The notes beneath the pieces are model-generated. The model worked only from the letters and a program-made list of their open reading frames with translations. It made no database searches and was not told the origin of the DNA. A program made the translations under genes and the position numbers. Shown one piece after another: positions 13,246 through 26,250 of a stretch of DNA of 64,000 nt. Source of the DNA: the human T2T-CHM13v2.0 reference genome, Homo sapiens; the NCBI RefSeq assembly GCF_009914755.1, contig NC_060930.1. One strand, given 5' to 3'. Each line of letters starts with the position of its first letter. Position 1 is the stretch's first letter.

Positions 13246-15253
13246 AAACAGCTTTTTTTTAAAGCAAAGGGTACAATTCAACAAAGTGAAGAGATCACAG
13301 AATGGAAGAAAGTATTTGCAAACTATCCACCTGAGAAAGGATTAAAAACCAGAATATGTAAGCTGCTTAATCAAGTCCATTAGACAAAAATCTAATAATC
13401 TGATAATTAATGGGCAAAAGATCTGAATAGATATTTCTCTAAAGAAGACATAAAACAACAAGCAGGTGTATGAAAAAGTGCTCAACATCATTCATCATCA
13501 AAGAAATACAAATGATAAGTACAATGACATATCATCTCACCCTAGTTAAAATGGCATTTATCCAAAAGATAGGCAATCATGAATGTTGGTGAGGTTGTGG
13601 AGAAAACGGAACCCTTGTACACTGTTGGTGGGAACGGAAATTTGTACAGCCACTGTGAAGAACAGTTTGGAAGTTCCTCAAAAAATTAAAAATAGAACTA
13701 CTACATCATCCAGCAATCCCACTGCTAGGTGTATACCCAAAAGAAAGGAAATAAGTACATTGAAGAGATACCTGCATTCCCGTGTTTACTGCAACACTAT
13801 TCACAATAGCCAAGATTTGGAAACAACCTATGTATGCATCAACAGATAAATGGATAAACAAAAGGTAGTACATATACACAATGGAGTACTATTCAGCCAC
13901 ACAAATGAATGAGTTTCTGTCATTTGCAACAACATGGATGGAACTGGAAGTCATTATGATAAGTGAAATAAACCAGGTACAGAAAGACAAACTTCACTTG
14001 TTTTCACTTATTTGTGGGAGCTAAAAATTAAAACAATTGAACTCATGGAGATAGAGAGTAGAATGGTGGTTACTAGAGGCTGGGAAGAATAGTGGAGGAG
14101 GACACGTGGATGGTTAATGGACATACAAATACAGTTAGAAAGAATGAATAAGATAGCACAACAGGCATTGGATGCCTGTATCAAAATATCTCATGTACCT
14201 TATGAATATATCCACCTACTATGTACCCACAAAATTTAAAAATAAAATTTCTTCAAGTAACAGATAAAAAAATCCCAAATATACCAGCACCCTCCTTCCA
14301 GTTATCCACACAGAGCTGAGGCATGTTCCGTGATATGTGTTGTGGATTCACACCTTCGTGTACATTCCTACTTCCTTCACAACAACTATGGCTGTCATTA
14401 CTTTACCTTGAATTTTAATACTTCACTATTTCACCCCAATTGTTTTATTGCCTTATTCATTTTTCTGAAGCACCATTTTAATCTAGTACTCTTCTGCACA
14501 AAGAATGACTCCTAATCACTTATCTCTTATCATCTAAATTGCTGTAACTACTTATTTAGGTTTACTTCTTTCATTTATTAAATGAGGTAATTGAATGAGA
14601 TAACCTACAAAAACCCCATCCTGCATTAACACCCAGATGGCTCTATTTCTCTTCACGATTTTTCGGGAAAAGGAGATTTGAGACCTTTGAAATTTTCTTG
14701 TTGATCATATTGAGTGAGAGAATCGGGACACGTAATCAAAGTCCTTTTTCTTTGAAAAGGCATGGCTCATTGGAGAATCAGAGAATGGATTCACCAGTGT
14801 CTGTGTCTTTGACAGATTGACTTCTGCTGGAAGAACACAAGCTCCCCAGGGCAGGTGGTGTCCTTAGAAAAGCAATAGATGGTGCTAATAGGCATGGTTG
14901 TCCTAGTGTACATCTGAGAAACCTAGCCCACTTTTGCCTATGGCTGGGAAACCTGCGAGGATACAGTTGACCATCATTTAATTAACAAAGCACACAATTT
15001 GAATGTTGCATTACAGTTTTGAAGAGTGATAGTTTGTATTTTATGAATAGGGAATAAATAGACTTCACTCTCTCTGTGGCTAAATAATTCATTTTTTTAA
15101 GTTATAGAAGAGCACACAAGAGAATGTGAGTGGATAAGGTTTTCTGTAACTTGGATTTGAAGTAAATGTAATAGAGCTACTACATAGCTTCCAGTGGTAA
15201 AGGAAAGAAAGCACAGAGAAACTTAGAAGGACTCTTTTAGTGGTTTATCCTGA

Positions 15254-15385
15254 AATATCACCCACTCAACTATGGGAAATGCAAATGGCTATTTTAAATT
15301 TCTATATAGAATAGACCTCAAATTTCTACAGAAATTTGAGATTTGAGGGGCTGCTTGCATTTCCCATAGTTGACTGGGTGATATT
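15254..15385. repeat. Inverted repeat, 31-bp arms (30/31 complementary), 70-bp spacer with two internal palindromes
   Basis: AATATCACCCACTCAACTATGGGAAATGCAA (15254-15284) versus TTGCATTTCCCATAGTTGACTGGGTGATATT (15355-15385). Confidence 0.95.
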
Positions 15386-15659
15386 GGCTCATTGTCAGGC
15401 TTTTAGAACTAATTACATCTGGGGAATCCAAGTTCAGGAACCACCATGGCTGACCCCTACCCACCACCCGCACCACACACACACAGTAACACTATACTTA
15501 ACATTTTCTTTTCCTGGAATCTCAACATGAGTGTGTATTCTAGCCGAACTGGACTTTGACTGCACTCTCTTTCCCCAAACCAAGAAAGTAGACCAAATGT
15601 AAAGGTAATTTAGGGAGTGACCCACGGGGCAAGGGATTGGAAAAAAACCGATAGACCTA

Positions 15660-15850
15660 CCATGAGTCCAAGCATCAACTGTTAACTAGCATTATGACGT
15701 TGAGCAAGTCAATGATCTTTCATAAGTCTCAAGTCTCTCATTTGTCAAATGTAGATATCAATTCAGAAAGTCACAGATCTTGAGGACTAAGTGATAAAAT
15801 GTACAGGCAAGTTCTTTGCACGTTTTAAGGTAGTACAGTGCTCTGAGGTG
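15660..15850 (+). mobile_element. MIR
   Basis: ACTAGCATTATGACGTTGAGCAAGTCA...AAGTCTCAAGTCTCTCATTTGTCAAATG...TGAGGACTAAGTGATAAAATG. Confidence 0.7.
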
Positions 15851-16784
15851 TTATTCTGTATTGTACTATTCTCTGATTTTATTTCTCCAGGGAAGAGACC
15901 TCATTTTGTCCTCCATGACAGCTCTTTTATCTCTAGATGCTGTGGGGCAGAGTGAAAATTATACAACTATGTTGTCATACACATCCAGGGTGGTATCTAA
16001 AGCCTGTGTGTGACCATCCCTCACCTCCTAACTCCCTGAACTTCTCTTTATAGCCCCTTGCTACAGCTGACCACTGAGAAGTCTTATTTTGAGAGTAAGT
16101 GGCTGATAGAAATACTCAAGATAGTGCCCTTGGACTGTATAGAAACAGAAAAGACAGATATTTTTTCTGATGAAGATTCTGGGGCTGATGCACAGCAGAT
16201 GCTCTCTTTTAATGGGAGGCTCTAAATGTCTTGCTTTATTTGATCACTTGTATACAGCTGCTGAAGATATATTTCTCTTCAGGGGGAAGCATAGGTGAGG
16301 AGTATACAATTTTCAGAAAACAGTTGGGGGACAAATCTTATGAAATTATGCAAACGTCACTCTTTGCCTCTTAATATTGATCTCTATTATATAATTTTCC
16401 ATTTTGTACCCTATATTTTAATGTCTGTTACGTTCCCTCATTCATAGGCACTCTGTTGCCCTTGACCAATTTCCTTCCAGGAGACATCAGAAGGTGCCTC
16501 CAAGTGTAATCATAAAGTCATGCTTGCATTTTTTTCCCTTTTGTAGTGATAAACAGACTTGGCTAGAACTGCCAAATACAAAGAAAAACCTTCAGTAAAA
16601 GCTAAATAATTCCCTTTTTAGAGTCTCTAGCCAAACCTGCTTAATATTGATTAAAATTGGATGGCGACACCGTTTGAAAGGACAAAGTTGCTAGGAACTC
16701 TAAGTGTAGGAAATCTGATCTTCCTCTTTTCTTAAGTCCCATAGTAAGTGGAAATTCTTAGCAGAGGGAAGGCAGACTCATCAT

Positions 16785-17015
16785 GGTAACTATGTAACAC
16801 TTACCATGGGCCTGCACTGTTCTATGCCCTCCATGTCCATTAACTCAACTAATTAAATCTCTCAGCATCCTTCACAGTAGGTATGATTATGATCTGTATT
16901 TTACAGAAGCTGGTTGATGGACAAGGGAATAAAAGTGCCCATGTCACATGAGTAGTGAATAATAAAACTGGCCTTTCCACTCAGGCCTGTCTCCATAGTC
17001 AGTGCTCAGAGCAGC
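16785..17015 (-). mobile_element. MIR
   Basis: GCACTGTTCTATGCCCT...GTAGGTATGATTATGATCTGTATTTTACAGA...TGCCCATGTCACA. Confidence 0.6.
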
Positions 17016-18165
17016 AACTCTGTCTGATTTGTAGTAGGTAAGCAGATCTGAGATAAAGGCAGAAGGGCTCTCAGCTCCTGTCAGCTGGGTGTCACCAAAC
17101 CTTTCTGCATTAAGGTGCAGACCCATCCAACAACTGAGTCAGTCCTGAGGAGGGCAAGAAGACTGTCAGCAGTAGGTGGATCCAAAACGATTAGTACTGG
17201 CACAAACCCAGTGTTCCTGAAGTGAGTCCTGAGTGTCTGCTGCCATCGATCCTAGTCTCAGCTTTCCCCAATCTTTGCTCTACTGGCTCAAGCTGTTGGG
17301 TGAGACTTCAGTTCCTTCAATACAGCCACACTTTATATCCTTAGAAACTGCTCTGGATTTCATCTAGTTCCCTACGGTCCTGGATTTTGCCTAGCTCTTG
17401 CCAGTCATCTCGGGAGGGAATGTTCCTTCCAACACCCTCAGCCATTGACTGCTATTATGCTATGACTAGCTTAGAACTTTGGCATCAGTGTTTGCTTTGA
17501 GTTATCCCCACTGTTCAGGACCCACCAACTCCATTCTCCATTTGGCCCCACTGGCTGATCAGCTAACTCCCCTTGACAGTGTCCAGCAGATGAATGTCAT
17601 TATAGGAACTCTCCCATAAGTCAGGTCAGATTTTCCAGCTCACTTACTTCTTATTTCCAGTCCTTGTTTCCTATCAGCTTTTGTCACACCATAACTCATG
17701 CTCTGACCTACCTGAATCATTTATAGGATATCTTTTCCTTTATGCAGATCTTTATGGCACAGCTCCCATTAGTACCCTGCAGTTACTTGAATTCTTCCAC
17801 CCTCACTACCAGGGCCAGCCTGGAAAGACTGTGAAACCAGTGTTTTTTGGCAGCATGTGGGCTATTTTGGATGCTCACCTTGCCCTGGATCCTGGTGCTC
17901 TCACATTACCCATGTACCTTCACTCTCTTATCTTTCCTTTACCTCTTCTTCCTCACATTTTAGGGCCCAGTTGGTGACTTCAGTGACAATGGATTATTCA
18001 GATAAATCAATCAGTCAAGGCATTTTTGACAGCTTATGAGGAACTCTTAGAGGATAATGCAGGAATAAAGATATTTTTAATGCTGGAAAAAATTAAGCCA
18101 AATATTTACAAGTAAAACATAAACAATTTATGATTAATTCTGTAACTTTCAAAGCTCTTTTCAGT

Positions 18166-18650
18166 GTATTTTGGTTAATTGCAAAATGGACTTAAATTCT
18201 CTGAAACTCTTCTCATCTAGTGTTTCCCTTGACTCTGGGCTTAGCTGTATGTCTTACTTTAGCCAATGGGACATTTGCAAATGTGATGCATGCAGAGGTT
18301 TAAAAAACACCTGTACATCTGGGGCTTGCTTCTGCCCCTGGGAACCCTGAGACCACCATGTGATGAAGGCCAGGCCAGGCTCCTGGAGGATGAGAGACAC
18401 ATGGAGCAGAGATGAAGAATCTCAGCTAAGCCTCTTAAACAACTAGGCTGCCACCTGCCAGACATGTGAGTAAAGCCATCCTGGATGACCTAGCCCCAGC
18501 CAAACCACTTGCAGATTTTAGAGACCAATTGTACCAGACCAGATCAGAAAAACCACCCAGCTAATGTACAGAATCATGAAAAGTAATTGTAATTTTTTAA
18601 GCCACTAAATTTTGGTGTGGTTTTTTATGTACTACAAGCTGACTAATGGA
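18166..18650 (+). mobile_element. MaLR LTR (MLT1G/H-like)
   Basis: CTTTAGCCAATGGGACATTTGCAAATGTGATGCA, GACATGTGAGTAAAGCCATCCTGGA, TTTAAGCCACTAAATTTTGGTGTGG. Confidence 0.75.
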
Positions 18651-18654
18651 TGAA

Positions 18655-18800
18655 TGTTATTTCATGTGATCCCTATGATTGCCCTACAGTAAGAACAGAT
18701 TCAGTGACTTGACTTCGATGCTCAACTGCTAAGTAGCAGAGCCAGGACTAGGACCCACATGGGCTCTTTACTTCCAAACCAGTGTGGTCTCCACTATACC
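18655..18800 (-). mobile_element. MIR fragment
   Basis: AGTGACTTG...AAGTAGCAGAGCCAGGACTAGGACCCA. Confidence 0.5.
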
Positions 18801-21800
18801 CTCCACTTTTCAATCTGCCAGGGGAGGATATAATGAGATAGTATGGAATAATGCAACCCTAGAGTGAAAAGAGCCTTAGAGATAACGTGGTACAATTCTC
18901 TCATTGTATACTCAAGGAAACCAAGGCCCAGGAGGGTATGCCTTAGCTCTCAAAGCTTGGAAGGTACACAGTAGGTATGATTACCCAGGTTTCCTCACTC
19001 TCATTCTCATGTTCTCTTTGCTTCGTGGAGCTCTCTACCCCTGCTTTAGGCCCAGCAAAATTCACTGTCTTAAAGCAAGATGGTAGCAGGAAGGTGATGT
19101 GGTGGGGACAGCATTTTAGGGATATAGCAAGCATGTGCGTGTGTTTGTGGGCATGCATGTGTGGTTCACGATGCCATTTTTAGAATTCTCAAACTAGATG
19201 GCTAGCTGCATCTTTACCTGCCTCAAGTTCACCTTTGGTGATGCCACTTCTCACAGAGGCCAGAGGCCTCAGAAAGGCCTGACTGGTTGTTTCCCCCTGT
19301 TGTTTAGGAGAGCTACCTAAAAGCCTAGTGTGAAGGGATTCCTGGACAAGAGCAGCTTCTCTCCAGAAAAGGAAGGGAAAATAGATCCTAATTTCAGACA
19401 AATCATACACAGAAATGTATAGAACAAGAGAATTTAGTTCTATTTTGGTCTCTTTAGCAGAGAGCTGCTGCTTCTAAACCTCTTATTTATTTATTTATTT
19501 TCATTCTCATGAAGCCCTTTATTTATCAATCTGTACATATTCAAACAGCCATCCACCAGCTTTTGGGGTGCAAGTGAAGCTTGTTTCAAAATCTTGCACC
19601 CCACTTCTTACTATGAGCCTAAACAAAGGCCTGAAAATGAGACCAGGAATCAGGTTCAGGGCCCATAGTGGGGGAACTATTATAAACTAGTGTTTTTCCT
19701 CTACCAATATGGTTTTGTAGGCCTTCCTTTTCAGGTCTAATATTTTAGATGTATTGTTTTTATGCTATAAAACATCTCTCTTTAAATAATTTTTCATGAG
19801 AAGGTAATTAGATGTACAGTGATAAAAAGCATGCAAAATTTGTGAAGATTTTTCATGCTTGTGATGGAGAGAGGGCAGAAACGTAAGACTGCTGGTGCTC
19901 TGGAAAGTGGGAGCTACAATTGCTTCTTCTCATTTATCAAATTACAGCCTTTTTGCTGTTTCATTTCCTGACTTTGAATTCTACTTTTCTGTAGTAATAT
20001 TAACTAGAGAAATGAAACATCTTATCATAGCTATTAATATTTTTTAAAATTTGTTACATAAAAGAGGGTAATATATTTAAATCCTAATGGCTTTTATTTT
20101 TTATAGAGTATTTCTTTTGTAGATCCCCTTTCTGAGTCACAGGGTCCTTATCTGCCTATCAGAAGCATAGCAAGAGAGAGAATGGGGAAGAACATTCCTG
20201 TGGGCATGGCCCTGGGGTTACAAAGGATGGGTGAAAGGGCTCCTTATCTGCCATCACAGAGGGTAGACCCAGGAAGTAATGGTGATGGCCAGATTTTTTT
20301 TTGCTCACAGTAACCTTAAACCAATCATTTAGTTTTAAAGAGTGAATTTATTTAAATAGTAAAAAATAATAACAAAAAGCAGCATATACACACTTCTTAG
20401 ATATTACTAATATGGCTAAATATTATATGAAGTGAGCTAACAGCCTAAGAGAAAATTCGAATGCCTGCTTTCATCCAAATCTTCTAAAAGTGGACAAAAG
20501 CTCTCATTGTTATATCAGGAAAATTGGAGAGAGAAAATAGATCTAATTTTCTATTCTTGTCACTGCAGTGCTCAGAATCCTTGAGTAGCTTCTCACTTTT
20601 GCTCTACATATCAAACCAAAACTTTTAGCCACAGCTTCAAATTCAAATGAATGGCTTGCCTTTCCTGTCTGCTCTCATCTTCTTTAGCACCCTAGCAGGA
20701 ACCCTGTCCTGCAGCACAAACAGCCTCCCCACAGAATCCTGTGGTCAGATTTTTCTATCTTGTTGTTCACTGAGCACGCACTCTGGGCCAAGTGCTCACC
20801 CTGCCCTGGAGTCTTTTCCCATGTGCCTTGCAAGCATGAGGTCTCCCTATTTCTCAGCTCTACTCCTACCCAGGATCAGACTTGCGTTTTGGAAAAATCA
20901 TCCTGATAATAGTTTTGAGAAAGGAAGGCTGGGAAGGAGGTGACTAAACAGAGAGTATCAGTAAAGGTAAATACAAACATCTGGGGTGGGAAAGGACAGG
21001 ACGGATTGCCTCTATACAAATTAAGAAGTTAGAGGAAAGATGACTTAGTGCCCAATTCAGTATGAAAAGTTAAATGGGAAAAGGAGTATCTTTACATGAT
21101 TCCATGCATTTTCGTTTACTCATATTAGCTATTAATTATCCAGATTTATTATTAATTGAAACATTATTTTACTAGGACCTCATTTAATAATAACTTAAAA
21201 GGCACTTTTAAAAGATGGTATCTATAGTAACTAGTATTTCACTTTTAGAAGCACAAGTGTTGTCTTTAGATCAAGATTAGCTAATCAAATGAGTCGTACT
21301 ATGAAAATGATAATTATTTGCAGGCTGTGAATATAAAATATGTACTATTCACGAAGTTGCTGCAAAAACTTACTCCCTGCAGTTTCAATGCCCTAGTTTT
21401 CTCAAAACACTCCTGATATATTTTTTCTAAATTATACCCTAAAATAAACAATAGTTAAACAATTTTATCATCAAATCATACAAGCTTATTGTAAAAATAT
21501 GGAAAATATAGATGTTATAGGGAAAAAATCACCTATAATCAATATCAATTATAGAAAATAAAGATTAAAGGAAAGCCAATGAATTATGTGAATATTCTCT
21601 TAGTCTTTTTATTGCCATAAATGTATATGTATATGTACATATACACAATAATTGGAATCATTGTGTATCTTATAATTTATATTTTTTCTTATTTAATGTT
21701 ATGTCTCAAGAGTTTTCCATCAGCATTAGAATTGTTACAAAAGCACAATTTTAAAGAATAGATAATATTCCAATATATAAATGTGGCATAATTTAATTTT

Positions 21801-21818
21801 TTTTTTCTGTGATGACAC

Positions 21819-22265
21819 TGTGGCATAGACTAGTTAGATGATCATCAATCCCATTTCCTCTTCCTAGGCACCCAGAAAGACAATATTTTCAAACCTCTCT
21901 TGCAGTTAGACTGATGTCATATAACTGACTAATGGTCAATGAAATCTGGGCCAGGAATATCAGGCCTGGCCCCTAAAATATACCTTTCAGTCTCCTTTTC
22001 TTTTCTTTCCTTTTCTTTTACTTTCTTTTCTTTTTCTTTTTCTTTCTTTTCTTTTCTTCCTCTGCAGAAGCAGAAGGACTCAGACAATAGAGTTTTATAT
22101 AGAAAGACATCCCTCAAAGTCACCACTTGGAGGAGAACCACACAAGAAAGTCCCTCAGCCTGCATCAAATTCTGGTGTGACTAGGAAATAAATGTTATTG
22201 TGTGAAGCCTCCAGGAAGTGAAGCTTGTTTGTTTCAGTGGCTACTATTATTTATGCTGACTAAAG
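21819..22265 (+). mobile_element. MaLR LTR (MLT1J-like) with internal polypyrimidine tract
   Basis: TGTGGCATAGAC start, CCTCTCTTGCAGTTAG, CAGGCCTGGCCC, GAAATAAATGTTATTGTGTGAAGCC. Confidence 0.7.
21990..22062 (+). repeat. (TTTC)-rich polypyrimidine low-complexity tract
   Basis: TCTCCTTTTCTTTTCTTTCCTTTTCTTTTACTTTCTTTTCTTTTTC... Confidence 0.85.
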
Positions 22266-22389
22266 CCAAAGTTTGAGTTTTTCTAATTTTACTTAATTTA
22301 AAAATATACCAAAATGCATAACACTTCAAATAAATATCATTGTATGTACTTATTGTTTTCTTAAGATAAATGACTTAAGATAAATCTGG

Positions 22390-23450
22390 GTGGGACTTTT
22401 GTCTTTCACGAGGATCTAGAAAGCTGGAAAGAACATCACTCCTAATAATGAAAAAATAATAAGGAAAACCTGGATAATTTACAAAATAATATCTTTTCTT
22501 AGAATCATAAGAGCTGAAGTCATAGGCAACTCACTGGCCAAGAATGTAGGGACAGCAGTGCACCTCCCTGGAGTGACAGGACACTAGCACTGTCCCACCT
22601 GTGAGAGCAAGCAGGGAAGACAAGGCTTCCTTCCCTACAAGTGCAGGTGTTAGAAGCATTAAGCCAAGATTTGTGTCAAATTGTTAAAGGCTGAATGTGG
22701 GTCAGCATGAAATTATAGAATTCCTGTGAGCTGAAGACAGAGGGGCATTTGTGCCCAGTTGCAGGCTCTTCTTCACGGACTTGCTGGGTGTTCAAGAGAA
22801 AGAACAGGGTGGGTGGACAGGGCAACAAAACACATGCACTGTCCGTGGTGCTGGCCAGAAATGAGGGCAGTAACCACTGTGAGAAACATGAAATTTTCCC
22901 TGTTTCCTTATTTCTAAGGAATAAATTCTTATCCGGCTTGGGTAAGGATAGCGAAGGCTGTTATCCCAAGGCTCTGGTGGAAGATCCACTATTGTGAAGG
23001 CAGGGAGAGGAGTAAACCTTCTACCCATGTAGTAGGAGCCCAGATCTGGAGAGGCCTTCTTCTGCTGAAGAAGGGGAAGGTCACTAAATGAAAGCCCTAC
23101 CCTGAGATCAGGTAACAGAGATTTCCCACCCCCCACCAGGCTGACAAGCACCAAGAAGTAACAAACAGCAGCAGACTATCTTTGGGGAAGGCACAAAGAG
23201 AGAAAGAGAGAGACCCTCTCATAGGCATTGGTTCACCTAAAACTGAGAGTAGAGCAGGAATATTGGAAAAATCCTCTGGCACCCCCACCCTGAACAAAGG
23301 TTACATGAGAGGAATTTGAAGAAATGCCCTGAAAGTAACCTTAGTGACAACAAAACCAAGTTCAACTCCTAACTACACTGACTCAACCACCCACACTAAT
23401 GGCTTAGCAGAAGAGGCATGACCATTTCTAGGCATGAATTCTGTTGAACT
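22390..23450 (+). mobile_element. Probable old L1M 5'-region fragment
   Basis: General similarity to ancient L1 5'UTR (AAAACCTGGATAATTTACAAA, GGCTTAGCAGAAGAGGCATGACCATTTC); weak. Confidence 0.35.
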
Positions 23451-23469
23451 ACCTTATACAGTGCCTTGT

Positions 23470-24290
23470 TAGCTACAGTAGGATTTTGGCTTTCACTCTG
23501 ACTTTGATGAAAAGCCATTGCAGGGTTTTTAATATCATAATCTGATATATTTTAAAAGGATAATTCAGGATTCTGAATTGGAAATAGAGAAGGAAAAGGG
23601 TGAAAGTAGGAGACCACTTAAAGAGGCTATTGCAGTAATCCAGGCAAGAGAGGCTTTCTCATCTCTGGACCTGTATAGAAGCAGTAGAGGTCATGAGATA
23701 GCTTAGTGTCAGGGTCTATTTTGATGGTAGAGCTAGTAAGATTTAAAAATGGATTAGAGGGTGGAGAGAAAGAGAGAGGAAAAGGATAACTCCAAGATTG
23801 ACCTGAGCAACTGGAAGAGTGAGTTGACTTTATCAAATGGGGAATACTAGAGGAGGAGCAGATTGAGAAAGTGAGAGCAAAAATTTGGGTTTATCCCTGT
23901 TGAATCTGAGTTGCCTGTTAGATATTAGAGTGAAGATAATAAGTACAGTGTTGAGGGCATGAGTCCGAGTTAAAGGAGGAGTAGGCTGAAGATATAAATT
24001 TGGAAGATGTCAGCAATTAGGTGATGTTTTATAGCAGTGAGACTGGATTATATCATGTAAAAAGTGAATGTCAATTGGGAAGAGAAAAACCTACAGGACT
24101 GAGTCTTGGGGCTTTCCAAAATTCAGAAGTAGGGGAGGTGAAAAGGAACCAGCAAAGGAGATTAAGAACAAATAGCTGGTGAGGTAGGAAGACTACCAAG
24201 AGAACAATGTCCTCCTAGCCAAGCCAATAAATGCTTCAAGGAGGGAGTGGTTCTCTCTGTTAAATATTACCAATATAAACAGATAAAGAC
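23470..24290 (-). mobile_element. L2 LINE fragment
   Basis: GGATTTTGGCTTTCACTCTGA...AAGCCATTGCAGGGTTTT, GAGGCTATTGCAGTAATCCAGGCAAGAGA, TGACCTGAGCAACTGGAAGA. Confidence 0.8.
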
Positions 24291-24839
24291 AGAAATGTTC
24301 TATGGATACAGTTCTTTGTGATATTTAGAGCAAATACTTTTCCCAGTTGTTGATTTTTTTCAGTGTTTGTTTTTAAAATATGTATTTTAAATGTTCTTTT
24401 CATAGAAAAAATATCAATTTTATGTAATAAATTCCATTGAATTTTTTCCTTCTAGTTTCTTTCTTTGGTTTATAATTTAGGACAAACTTTTTCATACAGA
24501 AATTTGAAAAAAATATTATATTTTATTCTAGTTTTTTACAGTTTTATTATGTATCAATCTTTGTAAATATAGTTTCAATTCCTATATCAAAGGGACATAT
24601 GACAGTTTAGTTATCAATTCCCCTAATGTATATTTGAAATATATATATTTCAAATCTTTTTAATATGAAAAAGACGACAACGTTTATCTTCTCATTTAAG
24701 TCTATTCACATTTTTGAAAATATCTTTTGGGTATGTGCTTACATGTGAAAATTGTTCGGCCATAAAATTATATTAAAAGTATAACATTAATTGTTATATA
24801 GGTAGTTAATTTCTTAGTTCATCAAATGTGGAAGCTAAT

Positions 24840-26250
24840 AAATTTGTTCATATTTTTTGTGTACCTCTGTGTTCACTTGTATGTTCCAGGAAGTGTTCTA
24901 GTTACTGGTGCTATATATAAACAACAGAAAAACTCCTCACCATGATGGAATTTACATTTTAGCTGGGGGAGACAGACAATAAACAAAAGTTATAATAAAT
25001 ACATAAATTATATAGTATAATGTATAGCCATAATATTATATACTAATGATAATTACATAGTATAATAATTATATAGTATAATATACGGTCATAATAAATA
25101 AGTACATTTTATAGTATATTAGAAGGGGATATATGCTGTGGAAGGAAATTGAACAGAGTGGGAGATTCAGTGGTGGTGTGAAGGCAGCAGTTGCAGTCTA
25201 TATTAGACCAATGGGGTAGCCTCATCTCATGCCATCGTTAAACAACTAGAAGGAGGCGAAGGAGATGGAGTAACCATGTGGAGGAAGAGGGCTCCAGGGA
25301 GAGAGAATAGCTGGTGTAAAAGTCCTCAGGGGAGATCATGTCTAGTATCAATGATGATGTGAAAGAGGCCAGTGTAGCTGGAGCCGAGGGAATATAAGAG
25401 ACAATTGTAGCAGATTTGGCTAGGAAGATAATGGGAGGTCAGGTCATCCAGGGTTTTATAGACTATGTGTTCTAAGGGATGTTGGAATCGAATCCTCTGG
25501 AAGGTTTTTAACAGAGGGGAGACATGATCTGGCTTATATTTTAACAGGATCAGGACAGCTAACTGTGTAGAGAGCAGACACTAAGAGATGAGGGTGGAAG
25601 CAGGGAGGTCAGCAAGGATGCTTTTGTATTAATCCTCGTGAGAGAAGATAACAACTTAAGCTGGTTTGTGCTGAAGTAGTTGCAGTAGATGAGGTAAGAA
25701 GTAGATTCCGGATATATTCCAGAGAAAGAAAAGACTGGTTTGTTGATGGACCAGATATAGGATGTGAAAGAAAGTGAGAAGACAAGGATGACTCCAAGTT
25801 TTGAGGCCTGAGCAACCAGAAGGCTGGAGTTGCCACTGACTGAGATGAGAATGCTGTGTATGGAAAAAATTAGGTGACAATCAGAAGTTCAGCTTTGGAC
25901 ATTTCAAGTTTAAGATATCTCTTAGACATCAAAGGGAGTTGTTCTGTAGGCAGTTGGACAGTGGAACATGTAAGTCTGGACAGAAGAGCAAGCTAGGCCA
26001 GAGGCATAAAACAACAGCACAAGAGGGTGGAGAAGCACCAAGAAAGTAAGGTAAATAGAGAAGGGAAGAGGTCCAGAACTAAGCCCTGGGCCACTCTAAA
26101 GGTAGGAAGTCAGGGTGAAGGGCAGGAACCACCCAGGAAACTGAGAACAAGCAGCCAGAGCAGCAAAAGTAAATCCAGGTGAGAGCTGGTTGTCCTGGTA
26201 ACCAAGTGAAGACAATGTTCCTAAGAAAGAGAGACATTTAGCAGCATTGA
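24840..26250 (-). mobile_element. L2 (L2a-like) LINE fragment including the 3' end
   Basis: GGGGGAGACAGACAATAAACAA, GAGGCCAGTGTAGCTGGAGC, AAGGATGACTCCAAGTTTTGAGGCCTGAGCAAC. Confidence 0.85.

Larger units (their letters stand above)
7617..14024 (+). pseudogene. Decayed L1 ORF2 (endonuclease/RT), split by THE1 and Alu insertions
   Basis: ORF-track fragments 7617..7865, 8864..9055, 9282..9464 and 9869..10099 match L1 ORF2p; TTGTTTGCAGATGATATG (LFADDM) near 9682. Confidence 0.85.
4275..14250 (+). mobile_element. Near full-length old LINE-1 (L1MA1-3-like), interrupted by THE1 and Alu
   Basis: L1M1-type 5' end GAGCAAGTTGGCTGAATAGAAGCCTC, ~2 kb 5'UTR, decayed ORF1 and ORF2 peptides ([39 protein letters not shown]), L1MA-type 3' end ...CACCTACTATGTACCCACAAAATTTAAAAATAAAA. 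Confidence 0.92.
21420..22380 (-). mobile_element. Ancient L1ME-like 3' fragments, split by an MLT1 LTR
   Basis: AT-rich L1ME-like motifs (TTGTAAAAATATGGAAAATATAGA, TAATATTCCAATATATAAATGTGGCATAATTTA). Confidence 0.45.

Noticed and set aside
15870-16000. Plus-strand acceptor-like TTTTATTTCTCCAG at 15890
   Set aside because: No convincing downstream donor or open frame
21929-22184. K/E-rich and F/S-rich ORFs
   Set aside because: Translations of the (TTTC)n low-complexity tract
22360-22385. CTTAAGATAAATGA-CTTAAGATAAAT short duplication (a similar one lies at ~32911)
   Set aside because: Ordinary slippage duplications inside decayed repeats
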